Assembly: GCF_964204645.1 (NCBI RefSeq) | Contig: NC_134027.1 | Span: 25,134,560-25,198,559 of the forward strand | Direction of reading: 5' to 3' | Length of the DNA stretch: 64,000 bases | Origin: Tubulanus polymorphus | Taxonomy: Eukaryota > Animalia > Nemertea | Part shown: one piece after another, positions 1-21,440 of the stretch | Numbering within the stretch: position 1 is the stretch's first letter | Layout: every line of letters starts with the position of its first letter | Made by a program: the position numbers and the translations under genes | The notes under the pieces: generated by a model | Told to the model about the DNA's origin: nothing | What the model saw: only the letters and a program-made list of their open reading frames with translations | The model's database searches: none

Positions 1-1019
1 GAAATCAAGAGAATTTTACTTTGTCATTTCAAATAGACGATGATGTGTGTATCATTACTAGGCTACTAGGCATTAATTAAGTAAGAAGGTAGGTATTCTT
101 AAGCCATTATAACCACCGGTCCACCTACCCCCCCCCCCCCTTGAACCTGTCAACAATGTCAATCGTGGCTTCAGAAGACTGTCAACTTAATCAAGATAAC
201 TTTGAGAACGTCTTTTGTGCCAATTGTGGAGCCCAAACTCGGCATCAATTATCTTAATTCAAAGGCATATATTCCCGAAACTTTAATTACGAGTGACCAA
301 ACAATTGACTAATTGTAACTGACTGTTCGATCGAAACATTAACAAGTGTCAATCATCTTTTAGTCTCCAAATTGAACGATAATCCGGGAAATAAGCAACC
401 AGGAAGTAAAATTCACATGGAATATCCGTCCAAATCAAGGCGCCTAATCGTAAAACTAAACGGGTTTGGAATGAAATACAGATTATTCGGGGTAGAGAAA
501 GACGTGTTCCGTCTATTGCTGAAACGATTATTTATTTCGGGGTCGGGATCGCTCGTAAATAAGAGGATTTCGATTATATCCAGACATCTACCAACCTCAG
601 AACGCAATGGCCGACAGGAAGAAAGGTCGCATCAATGCATTATGGGAAGTGGAGTTGGCGAGGCTACTGCGGCAATTGAGGAATTCAATATGGCCGCGCC
701 CATGGAAAATTAAGTTTAACGTTTGATCCCAATTAAATGCCAATTGTTATGCGAATACAACCCGTAAGACATAGAAATCGCTGCAAAATGTCAATTTTAT
801 TCCAACAAAGACTTTTTATGGCATCGTTGAAAAAATCAACGCCTCTAAAAAACAGATCTAGTGACTTCTACCCCGAATCGATGCACTAATTACTGAACCA
901 AAACGTCTGAACTCTTCTTCGGGTCGTGCCCGGCGTCGCGGTCATGGAAATTTTCATTCGTTGATATATTTTTTCTCATTTTAGTTTCTGTGAATAATTA
1001 ATAAGCAAGAAGAAAAGAC

Positions 1020-9038
<8,019 letters not shown>

Positions 9039-10699
9039 CAGCTCTAGTCAAACTACATCTAGTTTACATACATTATGGTGAATCTTAAATAGTATTTCAT
9101 TTTACAAGAATTTTCTATTAATTAACCAAAAATGGAAAGCAAAAGATTTAAAATTTAGAAAAATTTTCAGTTTTCAAATAAAAACCATTATCAAGGAAAC
9201 CATCTCCTTGGTTTTTATATGATAATGAAAATTTTAAATTTTGAAAATACATTTCTGGATGTTAAAATCTTTCAATTTTTTCATTGCGGGTTTGACTCGC
9301 TAGAACTTTCTAGTAGTAGTAGACTTTATTGGAAACATTTTGCCACATTTGTGTATATTGTGTGAGATATACTGTCCTGATTTATTTACTTTAGTTTATG
9401 AGATAAAGCAAAAAAATAAAATACATGTATAAACAAAAATCAGGTGTTCTTGTTGAAAATGTTTCAGAAGGTTTTCTAGAATCAAGGGAATGAAACTGTA
9501 GGTTATTTTCATCGAGGATCCTGACGAATGTTTTACCGATTCTGATCCAGTTAAGCAAAATTTAACACTTAATGCGGAAAAAAGTGGCAGGTGGCACTTC
9601 TTCACTTAGTGAACTGCATCAATGCCTAATCATGACTGATACCGCCATACTCTTTGACCAAAATCAAAAATGGGATTAGAGTAATTTGGAACAAGAAACG
9701 AAATTCTAATATGGACTTTCCTAAATTTACATGATGATGTACCGTTTAATCCAGTATCAAAATTGAAGAAAACAATTTGTTTTTTTTCAAATAATGAGTG
9801 GTAAACATGAACGTTTTTGGCAGAATTTCAGAGGATCGGTGCTCCTAGTAATTAAAAAAGCCTAACTATTAATGGCCCTCAATTGAATCAAGGAGTTTTT
9901 TTTCAATGAAAATACTGTCTATTGACGGGATTCTGTGATAACGGTATGAATGATGATCAATCATGAATACATGGTATTAGTGGGTTTCCCCCAATGACTC
10001 GAATAAATAGACCGCTTTCCTCGTGCATGGTGTGAGTTAGTTATCTCGGGGTACATGTACACGTAGTTGTGACTAATAAACTAATTTCATTAGTAAATGG
10101 TTACGCGGTTTCTATGATATGAAGACCTGTGTTGGTGTGAATCTTTAACTGAAGTGCTATCGGTCGGTATAATTTATAAATTATTTTAGAATTTAAGAAA
10201 AAAAAACAGCCGGCGGCTTTTAAACTGATAAATTCGGAAGTAGCTGTTGGGAATCAAGTAATTTATTTCATGGCCTTATTAAAGTTCCTCCACTATATTG
10301 TTCAGCTGACTACTGGCGTGTATTCAACCCGGCAGTGGAACCTTTCATAATGTAAACCCATTCAACAATAGAGACACAATTGCAGCTTTTCAGAGTTGTT
10401 AATATCATTTATACGCGCTATTGAATATGTCACCGGCTGACCACGGTGTACACGCATAGGCCTCATTCACCTCTGCACACTCACGCTGTGAACATGCTAC
10501 CGTGGATTCTCCTCCTGGCGATTTTCGCTGCGCTCCCGCTCCTGTTCCTGCTTCCTGAGGAACGACGTCTTTATGTTTTATGTGTTACTGTTCGTCTCCG
10601 TACTGTCCTGTACTGTTCCGTGTTAATTAATCCGTTCTTTTTTCTAGGTTCTTACCCGTTCTATTTTTCAGGGCCGATTTCTCTGTCGAATTTCAACGT

Positions 10700-10940
10700 T
10701 TGCTGGAACAAAACTAATGTCCGAAAGCATCGGCTCTCCTTCGCCGGTCACGTGTCGAGGATGTCAGACAAAGTGTCCGTCAGGAAATGGCTGCCCTCTA
10801 CTCGCCCTCATACGGAACACGAAAACCAGGATGACGAGGCCTCACTGCCCCCACCTATCTACAAAGTGTGCTGAGTGATGTCAATGACCGGCATATCTGC
10901 GGGATTGCGCGGGATACAAATGGAGCGGTTATACTGGATT
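10700..10940 (+). mobile_element. Degenerate 3' fragment of an RTE-type LINE
   Basis: Translates as VRKHRLSFAGHVSRMSD, resembling the RLRWAGHVARM motif at the C-terminus of RTE ORF2. Confidence 0.55.
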
Positions 10941-10954
10941 GTCACGCTACTAGC

Positions 10955-11220
10955 ATTCATTGTGTCCTTGTGACCGCCCGGATGAGGGATGATTCTACTG
11001 TCACGCTCTTTGTTTCTGGTATTCTGAGTCGGCTGAGGGATGATTCTACTGTCACGCTCTTTGATTTCTAGTTTGAGTGCTAGTTTTCATTGTGTCCTTG
11101 TGATAACCCCGGTCAGTGGATGAAGTCTCTTGTCGGCTTGTGAGTGCTAGTTTCATTGTGTCCTTGTGACAACCTCGGTCAGTGGATGAAGTCTCTTGTC
11201 ACGCTTTTGAGTGCTAGTTG
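10955..11220. repeat. Tandem repeat, ~4 copies of a ~60-bp unit
   Basis: Recurring tcattgtgtccttgtga...gatga...tct..tgtcacgct...gagtgctagtt. Confidence 0.75.
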
Positions 11221-11229
11221 AGATCCTGA

Positions 11230-11490
11230 ATCTCAACCCGGTCAAGCTGGTTGTACTGCGCTATTTGTGTTTCGTGCAATTTTACAGGTTTGTCAGTTAC
11301 TGACGTCGCCCAGTACATCTTGCAGTTAGATGGGGAATGTGAGGCGTTGTCATTCTGGTTTTCGCGTTCTGTGTGAGGGCGTGTAGAGGGCAGTATATTC
11401 CTGGCTGGCTCATTGTCTGGTGTTCTCGGCATGTGACCGGCGACGGAGAGCTGAAAAGCTTTCGAACATTAGTTTTGTTCCGTACCAAGT
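11230..11490 (-). mobile_element. Second RTE-like fragment, inverted relative to 10700-10940
   Basis: Reverse complement aligns by eye with 10700-10940 (NKTNVRK; LPSTRPHTE.ENQ.D.AS). Confidence 0.6.
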
Positions 11491-11944
11491 TTTCATCGCT
11501 CTTCTCTTTTTTTTCATTTCAGGACTCCCAAGAAGTTGAAGAAGATGCTGAAGGTGACTACAACGAAGACGATGCCAAAAAAGAACACTGAACTCAGCAA
11601 TATTGAAAGTTAAGTTGATACACATGTAAATTACGATGCGTGATACGGAAAGGATCGTGTAACTGCAGAATATCGTTCTTTTACTCATTTCAGGTTAATC
11701 CAGAAAGGCCCATCTAAAATCTGCCCACCAGAAGTGCCCACAAAAGACTCCAGCTTGAAGTACCACCAAACACCGAAAGACCCCCCGCAACTGAACCTGG
11801 CAGTCTTGACCTCATCCTGTATGGCAACAGGAATACATACATACATAAAGCTAAGTTGATTTTTCATATATGGGGTAGAATGCATAGGCGCTGATCAAGC
11901 TCACCATCTCCGCACTACTTTATTGAAGCTCTGTGGCCGGTAGT

Positions 11945-14700
11945 AAATTGAAATATAGCTAGGCAATGATTGCTTGAATATTTACAATATTAGACGAAAT
12001 GAGTGAGGTCCTTTAAATATTCTTTGGTCTGATAATTAAAATGTAGATTGGTCAGTTATTGATTAAAAGATTTTGTAAGTACGTACAGTCAAGGTAAATT
12101 CAATATCTTATGTGACATTTGAAATTATTCGAATGTACCGTAGATATTTCAGGCCTCATATGACTATTGTTTAACTGACAATCAAGATCTAGATAGGACA
12201 ATTTTTACTAAAAGATATATCAATTAAACTTTATCGTTGGTTGATAGATATTTCTTTACAAATAGTATATTGATAAATTTATTAAGATTGAGGCCATACT
12301 TTACAATATATACTGTGTGCTGCCTCACACAACAGTTATGAATTTCATAAGATAGTGTCTAGGGCTCTATCGAGGTCTGGTGTTATATGGGGAAAACTAT
12401 GGACTACAGGTCTTTATGAAACAGTGATTTGGTCTCAACACTTTGATAAATCCAGAATAAACCAAAGCTTTAATTGATTTAATTCATTCCTGAAACACTG
12501 CGTCTTGTTTTGGCTGATGCATGATAATTGTTGTTTGACGGACAATAAGCATACAGCCAGGAAAAATGGCTTAGATATTCACAATTAAGATGAATATTTG
12601 ATGTTAGATCAAAAACTTTTTATATCATAAATAGCCTATTTATTGAAATATAGCTGAAATATATAATATATTTGAGCACATCTATAAGTGAATCAGTCTC
12701 ATTGACTGATCAGTTCTGTAACGCCAACTGCCGCGCTTACGACGACTACCCATGCTTTTCATTATTGGCAAAATTTACTCAAACCTAACTGATTCAATTA
12801 ATATCTAAAAGCCATACTGTGTGTCAAGTGACGCATATTTAAAAAATATAATATTTAAAAATATATAGTTTAACTGAAAATTAGAATCTAAGATAAATTA
12901 CTCATTAACGTATTACTTAGATCGATTAAGGTTAATTCAATTGTTATGTGAAATTATTTCTAATTCCATGGACATTTAAAATGTAGCTGATACATGTGTA
13001 TCTGAGCACATTTATTTATCTGTATCTAAGTGAACCTATGGTGTCTTCACACAGCTGTATTAGTTTTGATACATATTGCCAAAATCATATTGCCAAAAAC
13101 GCAGATTTACTTCCGATCGAATCTGTGCACAAATACATTCCTGGATTTGGAAGGGGGAATATTTCAATTTCACTGTGTATATCAGATTGAAAGCCTTATT
13201 GTGACAGGATATCCTAAACTTAGGTCTTATTCCTCTTGCTAATAGCTCTCTTTTACTAACCCCTCTCCTTCAAACTATTTTCTAGCATCATGACTCGCAC
13301 CGCACCAGGGAGGTCCGGTCATAACAAGGTCTTTTGGTCCTTATACACAGTGAACTATAAAATAGCCATTCGGCTAAGGGAATTTCTAATTTACCACTAA
13401 AAATATGCTTTTTTATCTTTAATTTCTGATGAATTCAAATAGTGACGAATTCACCACAACTGAAATTCTACTCATGTAGATTTTCAGGCTCCATATAAAT
13501 ATTGTTCAACTGACTATTAAAATATAGCTAGTATGATTACTAATTAATGGTTCGCTTAGATACCTAGAATTTAATTGAAATTAATTCAATGTAATGAATA
13601 TAAGTGAAACTTATTCAAAATTGCACAGTGGATGAGACGACTGTATCGCGCAATGTCATCTGCGTCTAACTGGGCCACATGTGTGTGTGGGATCTGTTGA
13701 ATCAGTTAGGTTTTGGGGGATTCTGTGTTAGTTAAGCTAGGTATCAAAAGCTCTGATGCAAAATTAGCAGTTCAAATAGTGATTAATTCAAATTCGTACC
13801 GGATCTGAAATTCTTCTCGTGTAGAAATTTCAAGCCCCATATAAAATATTGTCCGAGACAATTTCAATTATAGCTAGGGCATTATCAATTAACTTATAGA
13901 TTAGGTATCTAATTCAGCATCTTTATATAAGGTAAAAGTGCTCAAATCTAAACCATAGGGGTTGATAAGTATAATTCAATATTGGTTGATATATAAAGAA
14001 TACTGGGTATGTTTTAACTCTGTCTCTTGTGCGTGGGATTTATTGAATCTTTAAGGCTTTGCAGAAATCTGGATTTGTCGAGTTGTGGGAATGATTCGAG
14101 GTTTCTTAAATCTGTAGAACCATGTTACCATGGATCAGTGTGCTCAATGCTGGCAGCGCACTCACTCTTCAGTTAGTTATATTATCATAATTACAAAATC
14201 ATTGTATATATTAGGAGCAATATTTAGAATTAATGAAATGGATTAGAATACCATTCACTGGGTACAGATGTCGCCATCTGTGGGTAGAAAACATCTCTTA
14301 AGTTTATTAACTGACGATGAAGTAAATTTGATAATACGAACATGGTTTAGCTGACAATCGAAATATATATAGGCCAATATTACTAGCAGGTTTGCACTGT
14401 ATGATGGGCCTGGGTTTCAATAAAAGACACATCAAGAATTTCAAGAAGATAGAAGAGAAAACAGTTCAAAAACGATTTGATAAGATTGATTATGCATTAC
14501 TAAATTTGTTGTAACTCTGGTATTCCTAGAGATGACTATAGATGCTTTAGTTGAATTGTTGTTAAACTATAATAATCAACCATTGCTTAGATATTTAGAA
14601 TATAGATGAATTTCATAAATATCATTTAAGACTATTATTAAAATCTACGTATCGATCCACATTGCTGATCTTATATATGAATTGACATGATAATTATAAT
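11945..14700. repeat. Ancient, highly degenerate repeat array
   Basis: Motif ttca(g/a)gc.cca.at..atattgt..aactgaca..aaatatagctag recurs at ~12150, 13485, 13830 and 14340, with partial copies at ~10290 and 11950. Confidence 0.45.
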
Positions 14701-14924
14701 CAGAGATATTCGAAAGGAATTTCTGCTCAAAAGGTTCTGCTCTTTTCTTCAGTTTGCCGTTTCAGACTGATTGGAAGATAGTTTGAATGAACCGGAATCG
14801 AATTTCCCAATTATGTACTTCGATTTCAGACATACGCGAGAAAAACTACAATAAACTTTAAAAAATTAGACAAATTTAAATGGTAAAAACGACAAAAAAA
14901 TTAAAGTTAGACAAAATTCTCCCA

Positions 14925-15720
14925 CCTTGTAAACTTTCGGACTAGTTACATGAAAAAAAGACCAAATATTGTAAAATATAGTTATTTCCAAAATCTCGAT
15001 GTATTAAATTAGGCAGAAAAAATAGATAAAATTATTCAACCTTGTAAACTTTCGGACTAGTTACATGAAAAAAAATCCAAATATTGTAAAATATAGTTAT
15101 TTCCAAAATCTCGATGTATTAAATTAGGCAGAAAAAAAATAGATAAAATTATTCAACCTTGTAAACTTTCGGACTAGTTACATGAAAAAAAACCAAATAT
15201 TGTAAAATATAGTTATTTCCAAAATCTCGATGTATTAAATTAGGCAGAAAAAAATAGATAAAATTATTCAACCTTGTAAACTTTCGGACTAGTTACATGA
15301 AAAAAACCAAATATTGTAAAATATAGTTATTTCCAAAATCTCGATGTATTACATTAGGCAGAAAAAAAATAGATAAAATTATTCAACCTTGTAAACTTTC
15401 GGACTAGTTACATGAAAAAAAACCAAATATTGTAAAATATAGTTATTTCCAAAATCTCGATGTATTAAATTAGGTAGAAAAAAAAATAGATAAAATTATT
15501 CAACCTTGTAAACTTTCGGACTAGTTACATGGAAAGAAAACCAAATATTGTAAAATATAGTTATTTCCAAAATCTCGATGTATTAAATTAGGCAGAAAAA
15601 AAATAGATAAAATTATTCAACCTTGTAAACTTTCGGACTAGTTGCATGAAAAAAAAGACCAAATATTGTAAAATATAGTTATTTCCAAAATCTCGATGTA
15701 TTTAATAAGGCAGAAAAAAA
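14925..15720. repeat. Homogeneous satellite, ~7 copies of a ~116-bp unit plus a variant at ~15810
   Basis: ccttgtaaactttcggactagttacatgaaaaaaa..caaatattgtaaaatatagttatttccaaaatctcgatgtattaaattaggcagaaaaaa repeated head to tail; copies differ mainly in poly-A run length. Confidence 0.95.
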
Positions 15721-16109
15721 GTTAACCCCAATCAGTCACTTAATATGTGCTTCGACTATTTAAACGGTGAAAACGACCAAAAAAATTGAAGTTAGACAAA
15801 ATTATTAAACGTTGTAAACTTTCGGACTAGTTACATAAAAAAAGACCAAATATTGTAAAATTTTCTTCAACCTCGTAATATAGTTATTTCCAAAATCAGA
15901 ATTAGGCAGAATAAAATATTGTTTGAATGAACCGGAACCGAAATACCAATTATGTTCTTGGACTTTTAAAAAAAAGATCTGTAAAAACGACCTCCGATCA
16001 CGCAACTATATCTGTACTTCAATTTCCGATTTTGAAAAAAAATGCCGTTTCGCTCCCGGCAGGTGTGGTAGGTTTGTAAGGGACACCAACTCGAAAAGTC
16101 AAACGAGAT

Positions 16110-16595
16110 CTTGAGGTCAACAACTCATCAAAAATCTGCCGATTAGAGAACAGTGCACAGAAACCAACTGACTTAGGAGATCCTCGTCGATGATGAAACC
16201 AGCAATCATAAAAGGTAACTTGATATACATGAAATTATAACGATTAATTCTTATTGAAATATTTTGTCATTACAGGATATCTTCTTTTAATTATTGCAGC
16301 TTAATTTTAACTATGCGAAAAAACCCAGCTTGAGATCAACTACTCGTCCAAAATCGACCAACTTGAACAGTGCACAGATGAGGCCAACAGAATCGAACTC
16401 AACCCACCAACTTTAGATGATCCACACCGATAACGAACCAAGCAATCATAAAATGTAACTTGATATTCATGAAATTATTACAATCAATTCTTATTGAAAT
16501 ATTTTGTCATTAAGTGTATCTTCTTTTAATCAATGCAGCTAAATTTCAACTATAAGAAAAAGCTCAGCTTGAGTTCAGCTACTCATCAGAAAATC
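16110..16595. repeat. Tandem duplication, ~2 copies of a ~230-bp unit
   Basis: agcaatcataaaa.gtaacttgatat.catgaaattat...ttcttattgaaatattttgtcatta at both 16201 and 16441. Confidence 0.8.
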
Positions 16596-16739
16596 TACAA
16601 GCAGATGAATACTGATTGACCCATTTGCTGATGAAAACTGCCAAAGCCCAGGTGATAAGTCGAGGAGCCAGCGACGGATTAATCACTCAACGATGGATTC
16701 TTCTACAATCGGTGGTTGATTTCTATAAAACATTTTATC

Positions 16740-16935
16740 AGGAGCAGCAGAGACAATAGTGAATCTTATAAACACTGATTCGACCGACAATGCTAATGGA
16801 TTATCTCATAAACACTGAATCAGGATGAACACTGTTTTAAAAGCAGCAAAGACAATAGTGTATCTTATAAGGAGCTAGATAAACAATAGTGCATGTTATA
16901 AACACTGAGATCCAGGAGCGGCAAAGACAATAGCG
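16740..16935. repeat. Short degenerate tandem repeat
   Basis: (gg)agcagca.agacaatagtg.at.ttataa repeated ~4 times. Confidence 0.65.
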
Positions 16936-17269
16936 GATTTCTGTAGTAAAGTATTGATTTTTTTACTTATCACCCTTTTTCAAACCAGTCTGATTATAGT
17001 GTTTTTGAGGATATTATTTTATGATGTTTTATGCAATGTGAGAGTCTAATAAAAGCTAAGCTCAATTAATTAACGATATTGGTCTTCGATCCTTGGTCGA
17101 TAGATAAGTTAGGTTAGTCATTCGGGGCTAATGGTCGCGTTAATGGACTCGTAGATCTGTTAACTCCTTAACTGAGATATAGTTTCAACGTGATATTGTG
17201 AGTTTAATCATCAAACTTTACCATAGTTAAACATAGTCATTTATGGCTATTTGTTCGTGTAGATATCAC

Positions 17270-17720
17270 ATAATTAGGAAACATTGAACATAACGTTAGG
17301 CCAGTGTTGATGTACAAATATTAAGTATTTGCTGAATTGTAGATGTACTAATTTGATGGCATTCATATTTTCGAAGGCCCATGTAACTGATTCACAATTG
17401 AATCGTAGATGTCGATTTTCACATTGACCTTTAAGCCTCCATCTATCTGTTTGATGATCATAGCTACGTATTTGAAAACAAAAGCTTTATCTGAAAGGCA
17501 ACCATTATTTACATTTGAGAGGTAAAGCTAGGAATAACAAGGCATAAAGTTATAGCTAGGACTAATTTTGAAAGTTTTAACATTGTTTATAGCTGTTTGA
17601 ACTTCTTTCATTGCAATGGGTAAATCCATATCACGAGATGGCTCTCGTGAATAATCACTTAGATTCAAATCGGGTGTATAATGATTATTAAGGAGTGGCA
17701 GTGAATCGTTAGCGCTTTTC
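17270..17720 (-). mobile_element. Highly decayed LINE ORF2 relic with a large internal deletion
   Basis: Minus-strand pieces DMDLPIAMKEVQTAINNVKTFK (pre-RT region), LKVNVKIDIYDSIVNQLHGPSKI and SKYLIFVHQHWPNVMF resemble the matching parts of the LINE at 22.2-24.9 kb. Confidence 0.45.
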
Positions 17721-18499
17721 TAAAATTGGCCCAGAAACTTTACAGTGAAAAAATGCCTGCAGTTGTAAATAGAGGAGTATGAATAATACATAATACAAAC
17801 TACAAGTACGTAAATTAATGAAAGAATAGATTTTAAAAAAACCAATAAATAATAAGTAGTAAATTATACAAAATACAAGAACATACATAAATAGAAAATA
17901 TTAAAATATAAATATTTTATCTATTAAAAAATAGATAAAAATAATAAACAACAATAAAAACAAACAACAAATTAATACATGTATTCTATTTACATGAAAA
18001 GGCATTTTTTCAAATATTTATCAACAAGGTTCTTCATTTATCGAACAACCTTCCCTAAGTATAGCAAAAACCCGAGATCTTTTCTGTTGTTATTCACAGC
18101 ATTCTATCGGACTCGGTTATTGTAATGAACAAAACAAATAATCATAAACCTTAACTAAATCGAACACACTTAAAGAAAATAACTGATATGATAGAATGCT
18201 TTGAATAACTGTGATGAAAGATCGACCGTCCTATGAACTAGTCGCGCTCAATCACTGCTGTGACTGTTGATTGTTATACGGGGGGGTAGACTTACTATCT
18301 AAAATCTGGTACATACATTTTACTTTTTAGAAAGAATTTAAAACAGCTATAAACTTAAGTTATTGATTAGTTACCGATTGTATGATTATGTTGATGTTTT
18401 CGAAGCTGCCAGAAAAAAACATCAGAATACTTAGTATTAAATGCGTGCTTGGACATCTTTAGGACAGGGCAAAGTAGGCAAAATTCTAGTTTTCTAGTG

Positions 18500-20990
18500 A
18501 AAGTAATGATTAGTTGATACTTAGATTTCCAGAGTGAATCTGTATGTTCCATCTCTAGTTTTAATGTTCTATGTTGGAGACTGTTATTGTAACACGTAAC
18601 GCATGTTTGGAAATTAGCAACTTGCATGATGATTCCTCGTTTAAGATATTATTGTCGTGTGAATAGAACGATGTGCATTTTCATCATTCGTGTTGAAACA
18701 TTTTAGTTGTAAATTTCTATAGCAACAATTCCACTGCGGTGCTTTTCAGTGGTTCATAAAATACTGATTTAATTAGCAGGAGCATAGAATAGAAGGAGCA
18801 GTTTCTTGATAGGCTAACTCGAGGATACAGTGCTAATTGGTCAATTGTCCTAGCTTTGTTTTGATTATCAGTTTAACCGCATCTGTGTGGGGCCTGTAAT
18901 ATCTGGACAAGAAGAATTTCTGATCTTTATATAGAGTTGTATATATATCTACTATCAAGTTGAATAATACAAATTAAAAAGTTGCCATAGCTTCGTCAGT
19001 CAAACCATATTTATATGAAGATACTATATGAAGAAAAACCTTTATAATAGTTTGCAGGGTTTGATCAAAGGAATAAATGCCACTTGACCTTGGGGCAAGC
19101 ATATGTAATATCAATTGCCCCCTCAAAAATCAACTCGCCCTACATGAGTAGTCCGATTGAGACACAATCATCCCTTGCATCGAGTGGGATAAAAGCTTTG
19201 AGTTATAGAATTACACAAGCCCGGTGGACGAGTGATTGTGATAACCTTCATGCCCTAATGAAAATATACTTGTCCAGGGCAATTGGACTAGTGCTTAAAT
19301 CAGACCCTGCTTTGTTTCAAATGTAACATTTGTGAAATAAGCTAGTTGATAATTAAAGAAATCTCTCAGACGAGGAAAATTTTGGCAATGTTTTTAGTTT
19401 TCTCGTAATAACTAAGATTAATTAGTTTACCTTACGCTTTCCAGAGTGAGTGAATTTGTAGTTTTTATGTTGAACTGTTTTTTAAATAACTCATTTAGCG
19501 TGGTATAATTGTTGTGTAAGAATAAAATGATATATAGGTTTCGTCATTCATACTGTGGTGCTCATCAATGGTTCATAAAATACTATTTTCATTAAGGCCC
19601 TTATGGAAAATAGAATAGCAAAATAGAGGAGCAGTCTCTTGATCAATGAGGATGAACAGTAATAATCAGTAGATTATGCTAGCTATGGATTCTAAAACCA
19701 TGGTTTAACAATGTCTGAAATATCTGCACAAGAAGCATCTCAAAAAGTTAGTTATTGAATCTTAACTTAATTGTAGCAAAGCCATTAGTTATTAGTAATT
19801 GCCCTAGCTCTATTCAAATTGGCAGTTGAACAATATTTATATACTCGATTTATATACTCTTGCTGAATGCATAGAAGAGAATACCTCCAAAATACTTTGC
19901 ATTAAATGTAACATTTGAGAAAATAACCAATTTGATAATGTCTTGAAACCTCTTAAAGACAAGACAAAGGTGGCAAAACTAGTTATCTTGTAAAATAATG
20001 TTAATGAAAATTAAATCAAAGACTGTTTATTTAATCTAATCTTTAGCTTTCCAGATTGAATTTGTGGTTTTATCTCCGGTTATGATGTTTCTATGTTTGA
20101 GACTTTTTTGAAATACAGGTCACGTTTTTGTAAATGACTGGGGCACTTCCTCCGGTACATGGATACCTGTCATTTATGTTGTTGTGGAGATAAAATGACA
20201 TGTTCATGTCAATTGTTCATAAAACATTGATTTATTAAGGTCCTACCGGATAAAGTTGAGCTTTTTGTTGATAAATGAGATGTCCTCAATCGATGTCATT
20301 TGAAAAGTTGACGTGATGGATTCATATTTCATGAAATATAACAAAGTGTCGGTTATATTGACCTCATGAATTGTCAATTCATAATCTTAGACTAGTCCAA
20401 TTTTCTGTGTTTTATGGATAAAAGTTTATAATTCTTGTATATTGTATTTGTGTATTTTTGTTATTTTCCTATTGATGCAAATTGTATAAATCAGCTGTAG
20501 TGGAAATGTATCGTAGATAAAGACTTCTAAATACCTTACATGTAACTTTGTTTTAAGTTAGTACAATTTCATACATAGTAATGGAAATAAAATTACTATT
20601 AAAATTTGAGAAAATAAGCTAAAAGTTAATAGTTTGATATGTGAGAATAAAATGATGTAAGAATGTAAATCAGATTGATTACTTAATCTTACGCTTTCCA
20701 GAGTATTTGGCCAGGTTTATCTTTGGTTTTAGTGCGGGAGCCATGGACTCACGGTTTAAGAGTCCATGGTAGTGGGCCATAGAGGTTTCTGTTTTATAGT
20801 ATATGGTTGGACCATGGGCGTATAAACTCTCGTTTATAGTTTATACGCGTATGGTGGTTGGACTAGTTGCTTTTGAAAGTCCGCGGTTGAGGAGCTTACA
20901 TTATAATTCCTCGAGCACAAACCTGGCATTTTGTATAGTTGTTGTATGAGAATAAATATGATTGATTTTGAAATTTGTCATTCGTTTAGT
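18500..20990. repeat. Degenerate long-period (~0.6-0.9 kb) tandem array, about 4 units
   Basis: tta(c)gctttccagagtga at ~18520, 19430, 20043 and 20690; gttgtg..agaataaaatga at ~18650, 19510, 20180, 20640 and 20940; gttcataaaatact at ~18750, 19570 and 20215. Confidence 0.6.
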
Positions 20991-21000
20991 TAAGCAACAA

Positions 21001-21205
21001 GTGTTACTAAAACGAAGCACTACTAAAAACAAAGACTATATGCACCCGAGAAAACCGACCAGGCAATTTACGTTTCCGGAAGGGGTGGTACAGCGCCCCA
21101 AGTGATGATTTCGAGTATCTTTGGACTTCTTTTTAGTCATGCATAGTTCTAATACCCCAAAGTGCATAGGTCTTCGTTTTAGTAGCGCATAGTTTTTAGT
21201 AACAC
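21001..21205. mobile_element. MITE with ~45-bp TIRs
   Basis: gtgttactaaaacgaagcactactaaaaac...tgcac versus gtgca...tagtagcgcatagtttttagtaacac. Confidence 0.75.
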
Positions 21206-21277
21206 CCCCATTTCACTGCTATAAAATTAAGTGAATTGCTATTCATGGCCGGCCCGTGAATCATTTTCACGAACCCC

Positions 21278-21440
21278 AGGGCCACCTTCGGTTATCTGAG
21301 TTAGTCGACTTTAGTCGAACTAAACGAAACCGAATCTCCGTTAGTCAGAACTATATTCCGGAAATAGTTCGAAAATCAAGCGCATTCGGTTATTAGTTCA
21401 GACCACTAGTCGACTAGATACGAAAACCGAATTTGGCCCA
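21278..21440. mobile_element. Palindromic MITE
   Basis: gggccaccttcggttatctgagttagtcgac versus gtcgactagatacgaaaaccgaatttggccc. Confidence 0.7.

Noticed and set aside
372-945. ORFs at 372-713 and 413-607, and a possible divergent first exon (ATG at 945, minus strand)
   Set aside because: No recognisable motif or consistent splice model; probably promoter or UTR sequence.
14925-15720. CRISPR-like regular array
   Set aside because: Units are contiguous and near-identical with no unique spacers, no cas genes and a eukaryotic context; this is a satellite.
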